Source of the DNA: Candidatus Geocrenenecus huangii
Lineage (GTDB): Archaea > Thermoproteota > Nitrososphaeria_A > Caldarchaeales > Wolframiiraptoraceae
Length of the DNA: 64,000 nt
Reading direction: 5' to 3'
NCBI GenBank assembly: GCA_023254095.1
Contig: JALNLM010000002.1
Location: 32,001 to 96,000 of the forward strand
The notes under the pieces are model-generated. The model was not told the origin of the DNA and did not search any database. It saw nothing but the letters and a program-made list of their open reading frames with translations. Both the position numbers and the translations under genes were made by a program. Position 1 is the first letter of the stretch. The number at the start of each line of letters is the position of its first letter. Shown here piece after piece: positions 60,359 through 64,000 of this stretch.

Positions 60359-61393
60359 ATGGGCGTAAAGCTAGGAGACCTGATACCTGAAGAAATAGTA
60401 GAGAAGATAGAGCTCGAGCACCTTAGAGGTAGAGCAATCGCATTAGACGCCTACAATATTCTCTACCAGTTCGTCACGATTATACGTGGGCAGGATGGCA
60501 GACCGTTGATGGATAGCCGCGGAAGAATCACAAGCCATCTAAGCGGATTATTCTTTAGAACCATAAACTTCTTGAAAGCGGGCATGAAGCCTATATACGT
60601 CTACGATGGGAGACCTCCTGAACTCAAGAAGCAGGCTATAGAGAAGAGGATGGAGAGGAGAACTGAGGCGGCCGTACTCTATCGTGAAGCATTAGAAGAA
60701 GGGAGAATTGAAGAAGCGAGAAAGTATGCTCAACAAGCAGCTACACTCGACGAATTCATAGTTGAAAGCTCTAAGAAGCTTATAGGCTTGATGGGGTTGC
60801 CGGTGATACAAGCTCCAAGCGAAGGTGAAGCTCAAGCAGCTTACATGGCTTCGAAGGGAGATGCATATGCTTCAGCTTCCCAAGATATGGATTCGCTATT
60901 ATTTGGTTCACCTAGACTAGTTAGAAATCTTTCAATAGTTGGTAAGAGAAAGCTGCCGGGTAGGAAAGAATATGTTGAAGTTGTACCGGAGCTCATATAC
61001 TTAAGCAAGCTTCTAGACGCTTTAAAGATAACTAGAGAAAATCTAATCGATATCGGAATACTTGTCGGGACAGATTACTGGGAGGGTGTGAAGGGCATTG
61101 GGCCGAAAAAGGCTCTTAAGCTCATCAAAGATTATGGTTCAGCTGAAAATGTATTGAAGCATCTGCAGATAACGCCTGAAGTAGACTTGGAAAAGATTAG
61201 GGATATATTTTTGAATCCTAATGTACTAGAATCGTACAAGATTGAGTGGGGTGAGCCAGACTACCAAGCGATCGAAGAATTCTTATGTGGTGAGCACGAT
61301 TTCTCAGTAGACAGAGTGAGGAAAGCATTAACCGAGTTAAAGGAGACGATGAAGGAAGAACGTGGAAGAACAAGTCTTGATGCATGGCTGTAA
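60359..61393 (+). CDS. fen: Flap endonuclease 1
   Basis: DAYNILYQF, TSHLSG, APSEGEAQ, GTDY..GVKGIGPK, C-terminal PIP box TSLDAWL. Confidence 0.97.
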   Translation: MGVKLGDLIPEEIVEKIELEHLRGRAIALDAYNILYQFVTIIRGQDGRPLMDSRGRITSHLSGLFFRTINFLKAGMKPIYVYDGRPPELKKQAIEKRMERRTEAAVLYREALEEGRIEEARKYAQQAATLDEFIVESSKKLIGLMGLPVIQAPSEGEAQAAYMASKGDAYASASQDMDSLLFGSPRLVRNLSIVGKRKLPGRKEYVEVVPELIYLSKLLDALKITRENLIDIGILVGTDYWEGVKGIGPKKALKLIKDYGSAENVLKHLQITPEVDLEKIRDIFLNPNVLESYKIEWGEPDYQAIEEFLCGEHDFSVDRVRKALTELKETMKEERGRTSLDAWL

Positions 61394-61477
61394 CTGTAAG
61401 ATGACAAGCATCAGAGAGGGAGATCAGAAACTAAAGAATTTGTCCGAAACAGGTTTCTAAGATTACTATGACTATTC

Positions 61478-61726
61478 TCAAGTTTTGGATATTAGCTCGA
61501 TCAATTTTCTTTCTTCATCTAGGCTGAGAACTCTTACCTTGTCATGGATCTCTAACTTCATCAATACACTTCTTAACTCAGATTGAGTTACTTCTACACC
61601 CCTCTTCCTTAATTCTTCTAAGATATTCTCTTCTAACGCTTTTCCGCCCATTTTTTGAAGTATTTCGATTATTCTTGAGTATAGCTCGCTTCTAAGTACT
61701 AAATGTTTCTTGCTCAGAGTCTTCAC
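61478..61726 (-). CDS. Small winged-helix protein of unknown function
   Basis: ELRSVLMKLEIHDKVRV; 6 nt downstream of cdc48. Confidence 0.65.
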   Translation of the reverse strand: MKTLSKKHLVLRSELYSRIIEILQKMGGKALEENILEELRKRGVEVTQSELRSVLMKLEIHDKVRVLSLDEERKLIELISKT

Positions 61727-61732
61727 CCTTCA

Positions 61733-63907
61733 TTAGCCTATCATCGTCAGCTGTTTCTCAGTATATCTCAAGAATTCTTTAACCTTCTCGTATTCGCGGA
61801 CCATTTGTGGAGATATACTAGGCTTAACGATCTGTAATGCCTCTTCGAAATCTTCTCTAGTAACGTAATCTGCCTCGATATTCTTTCTTAGACTGTTTAA
61901 AGCTGCTTCACGGCATAGGGATTCTAGGTCTGCCCCCGAGTATCCTTCAGTCCTCGCAGCCATCTCCCTTAAATTAACGTCTGGGGATAGAGGCATCTTC
62001 TTTGTATATATCCTGAGGATAGCGTATCTAGCTTTCTCATCCGGTGGAGGTACATAGATTAGTCTATCGAGTCTCCCCGGTCTCATAGCTGGAGGGTCTA
62101 TCAGGTCAGGTCTATTGGTTGCGCCTATAACTATAACATCGGATAACTCTTCTACTCCATCAATCTCTGATAAGAACTGGCTAGATACTCTATTTGTTAC
62201 TCCTGAAGAATCGTCTACTAAGTCTTTCCGAGGTATTATCGACTCAATCTCGTCGAAGAATACAATGCAGGGTGCAGCTTGCCTCGCTTTCCTAAATATC
62301 TCTCTTATAGCCTTCTCTGATTCTCCAACCCATTTATTGAAGATCTCAGGTCCCTTAACGCTTATGAAGTTTGCTTCAGATTCCGTAGCTATGGCTTTAG
62401 CGAGGAGGGTCTTCCCGCATCCAGGAGGACCATAAAGAAGTATCCCTCTAGGAGGCTTAATTCCGAATTTCTCAAATTTCTCAGGGTATTTTAATGGCCA
62501 CTCAACCGCTTCTACGAGTCTCTGCTTTACTTCATCCAGGCCTCCAACATCCTCCCATCTAATGTTGGGTATCTCGATCTCCACTTCTCTTAAAGCTGTC
62601 GGGGTTATTTCCTTGAATGCGTCTAGGAAGTCCTTCATCGTAACCGCTAAGCTATCCAGTATCTCTGGTGATATACGTTCTTCATTGAAGTCTATGCTTG
62701 GAAGTATTCTTCTAACTGATTTCATTGCTGCTTCACGGCATAATGCTGCCAAGTCCGCTCCCGTGTAACCTCTAGTCATTTCTGCAAGCCTATCTATGTT
62801 CACATCTTCCGCCAGAGGCATACCTCTAGTGTGTATCTGGAGGATCTCTCTTCTACCTTTCTTATCGGGTATACCTATCTCTATTTCCCTATCGAATCTT
62901 CCAGGTCGTCTTAAAGCGGGATCTAAAGCGTTCGGCCTATTGGTTGCACCTATGACGATTACTTGACCTCTTGCTTCTAACCCATCCATCAAGGCGAGCA
63001 GCTGTGCTACAACTCTCTTCTCGACTTCTCCCGTAACCTCGCTTCTCTTAGGAGCGATTGCATCAATCTCGTCGATGAAGATTATGCTTGGAGCTTCTTC
63101 TTCAGCTTTCCTAAAGATCTCTCTTAGCCTAGCTTCTGTCTCACCATAATACTTGTTCATGATCTCTGGACCGTTTATCAGTATGAAGTTTGCTTCAGCC
63201 TCCGTGGCCACAGCCTTAGCGAGGAGGGTCTTCCCGCATCCAGGCGGACCATAAAGAAGTACGCCTTTAGGAGGCTCTATGCCGAGTTTCTGGAATAATT
63301 CAGGGTATCTTAATGGAAGCTCTATCATCTCCCTAATTCTCTGTATCTGTTCTTGTAGTCCGCCGATATCCTCATATGTTACGCTTGTTCTAAACGCTTT
63401 CTCTTGCACGATCTTACTGTGTATTATTAGCTTGGTCTTCGGTGTAATCTTCACTACTCCTGTAGGTCTCGTTTGAACTACAGCGAAGGTGAAGAGGTTT
63501 CCGAAGAAGAGTACTGGGACAATATTCTTCTGTACTAATGGATATTCTATAAGCCTACTCTTAACAAGTCTAGTAAAATTCTCATCTGGCTTAACCGTGG
63601 TATTTACTGGAGCGAGTACGACTAGTTGAGCTTCTTTAACATCTGCTTTACGTACTGTAACCCAATCATTCAAGGCCACACCTGCATTACTACGAATATA
63701 CCCATCTATCCTGATAACATCTTTCTCATCTTCGAGATATCCAAGCCAGAGAGTTGCTGCAGCAATCTTCTTCCCCCTAATCTCAACCATATCTCCTGTC
63801 TGGAACCCGGCATTTGCTCCTACTTCCCTATCTATCCTAGCTATACCATATCCCACGTCTCTCTGCCTTGCTTCTGCAACCCTGAGACGAAGCTCCTTAG
63901 CACTCAT
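61733..63907 (-). CDS. cdc48: CDC48/VAT AAA+ ATPase
   Basis: N domain plus two AAA modules (GPPGCGKT twice, FIDE/FFDE, RPGR). Confidence 0.97.
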   Translation of the reverse strand: MSAKELRLRVAEARQRDVGYGIARIDREVGANAGFQTGDMVEIRGKKIAAATLWLGYLEDEKDVIRIDGYIRSNAGVALNDWVTVRKADVKEAQLVVLAPVNTTVKPDENFTRLVKSRLIEYPLVQKNIVPVLFFGNLFTFAVVQTRPTGVVKITPKTKLIIHSKIVQEKAFRTSVTYEDIGGLQEQIQRIREMIELPLRYPELFQKLGIEPPKGVLLYGPPGCGKTLLAKAVATEAEANFILINGPEIMNKYYGETEARLREIFRKAEEEAPSIIFIDEIDAIAPKRSEVTGEVEKRVVAQLLALMDGLEARGQVIVIGATNRPNALDPALRRPGRFDREIEIGIPDKKGRREILQIHTRGMPLAEDVNIDRLAEMTRGYTGADLAALCREAAMKSVRRILPSIDFNEERISPEILDSLAVTMKDFLDAFKEITPTALREVEIEIPNIRWEDVGGLDEVKQRLVEAVEWPLKYPEKFEKFGIKPPRGILLYGPPGCGKTLLAKAIATESEANFISVKGPEIFNKWVGESEKAIREIFRKARQAAPCIVFFDEIESIIPRKDLVDDSSGVTNRVSSQFLSEIDGVEELSDVIVIGATNRPDLIDPPAMRPGRLDRLIYVPPPDEKARYAILRIYTKKMPLSPDVNLREMAARTEGYSGADLESLCREAALNSLRKNIEADYVTREDFEEALQIVKPSISPQMVREYEKVKEFLRYTEKQLTMIG

Positions 63908-64000
63908 CCTTATTCTAGATGACTGACCTACTATTTAAATAAAAAGTTCTCTTAAATAATTGATTTTTGATAAATGATATGAGAATCGTAAGTAGAATTA

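Noticed and set aside
766-63922. Numerous 60-200 aa ORFs antisense to or nested in assigned genes (e.g. 33492-34106, 53000-53515, 58279-58797)
   Set aside because: Shadow ORFs with Ser/Ile/Phe-rich composition typical of the reverse strand of real genes, and no recognisable motifs
1-64000. CRISPR arrays, cas genes, transposases, inteins, rRNA
   Set aside because: No regularly spaced repeats or such motifs seen by eye; FEN1, CDC48 and Hef have no intein-sized insertions

Overview
Gene-dense archaeal chromosome segment. eS1/uS15, Rpo6, aIF2-beta, thermosome, FEN1, CDC48 and tRNAs with non-canonical BHB introns point to a thermophilic TACK/Thermoproteota archaeon, possibly Aigarchaeota-like (inference). 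Most of it is housekeeping: translation, tRNA modification, DNA repair, proteostasis, thiamine salvage, and partial nuoBCD and A-type ATPase clusters. The stand-out is a four-gene locus at 13377-19672. It encodes two Tat-exported flavocytochrome-c-family FAD reductases with non-fumarate active sites, a di-heme cytochrome b fused via an internal twin-arginine helix to a CARDB and an FMN-binding (SGAT) domain, and an ApbE flavin transferase with no signal peptide. This looks like an archaeal flavinylation-based extracytoplasmic respiratory module in which FMN is attached in the cytoplasm before Tat export. Also notable: two double-intron tRNA-Gln genes (one intron is antisense to its own D-loop), a candidate C/D-box sRNA, a small aCcr1/CdrS-like RHH gene missing from the ORF track, and near-identical DNA between the two CDC48 Walker A regions. 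I saw no CRISPR array, integrase or transposase. All calls are by-eye motif recognition; no database searches were run.
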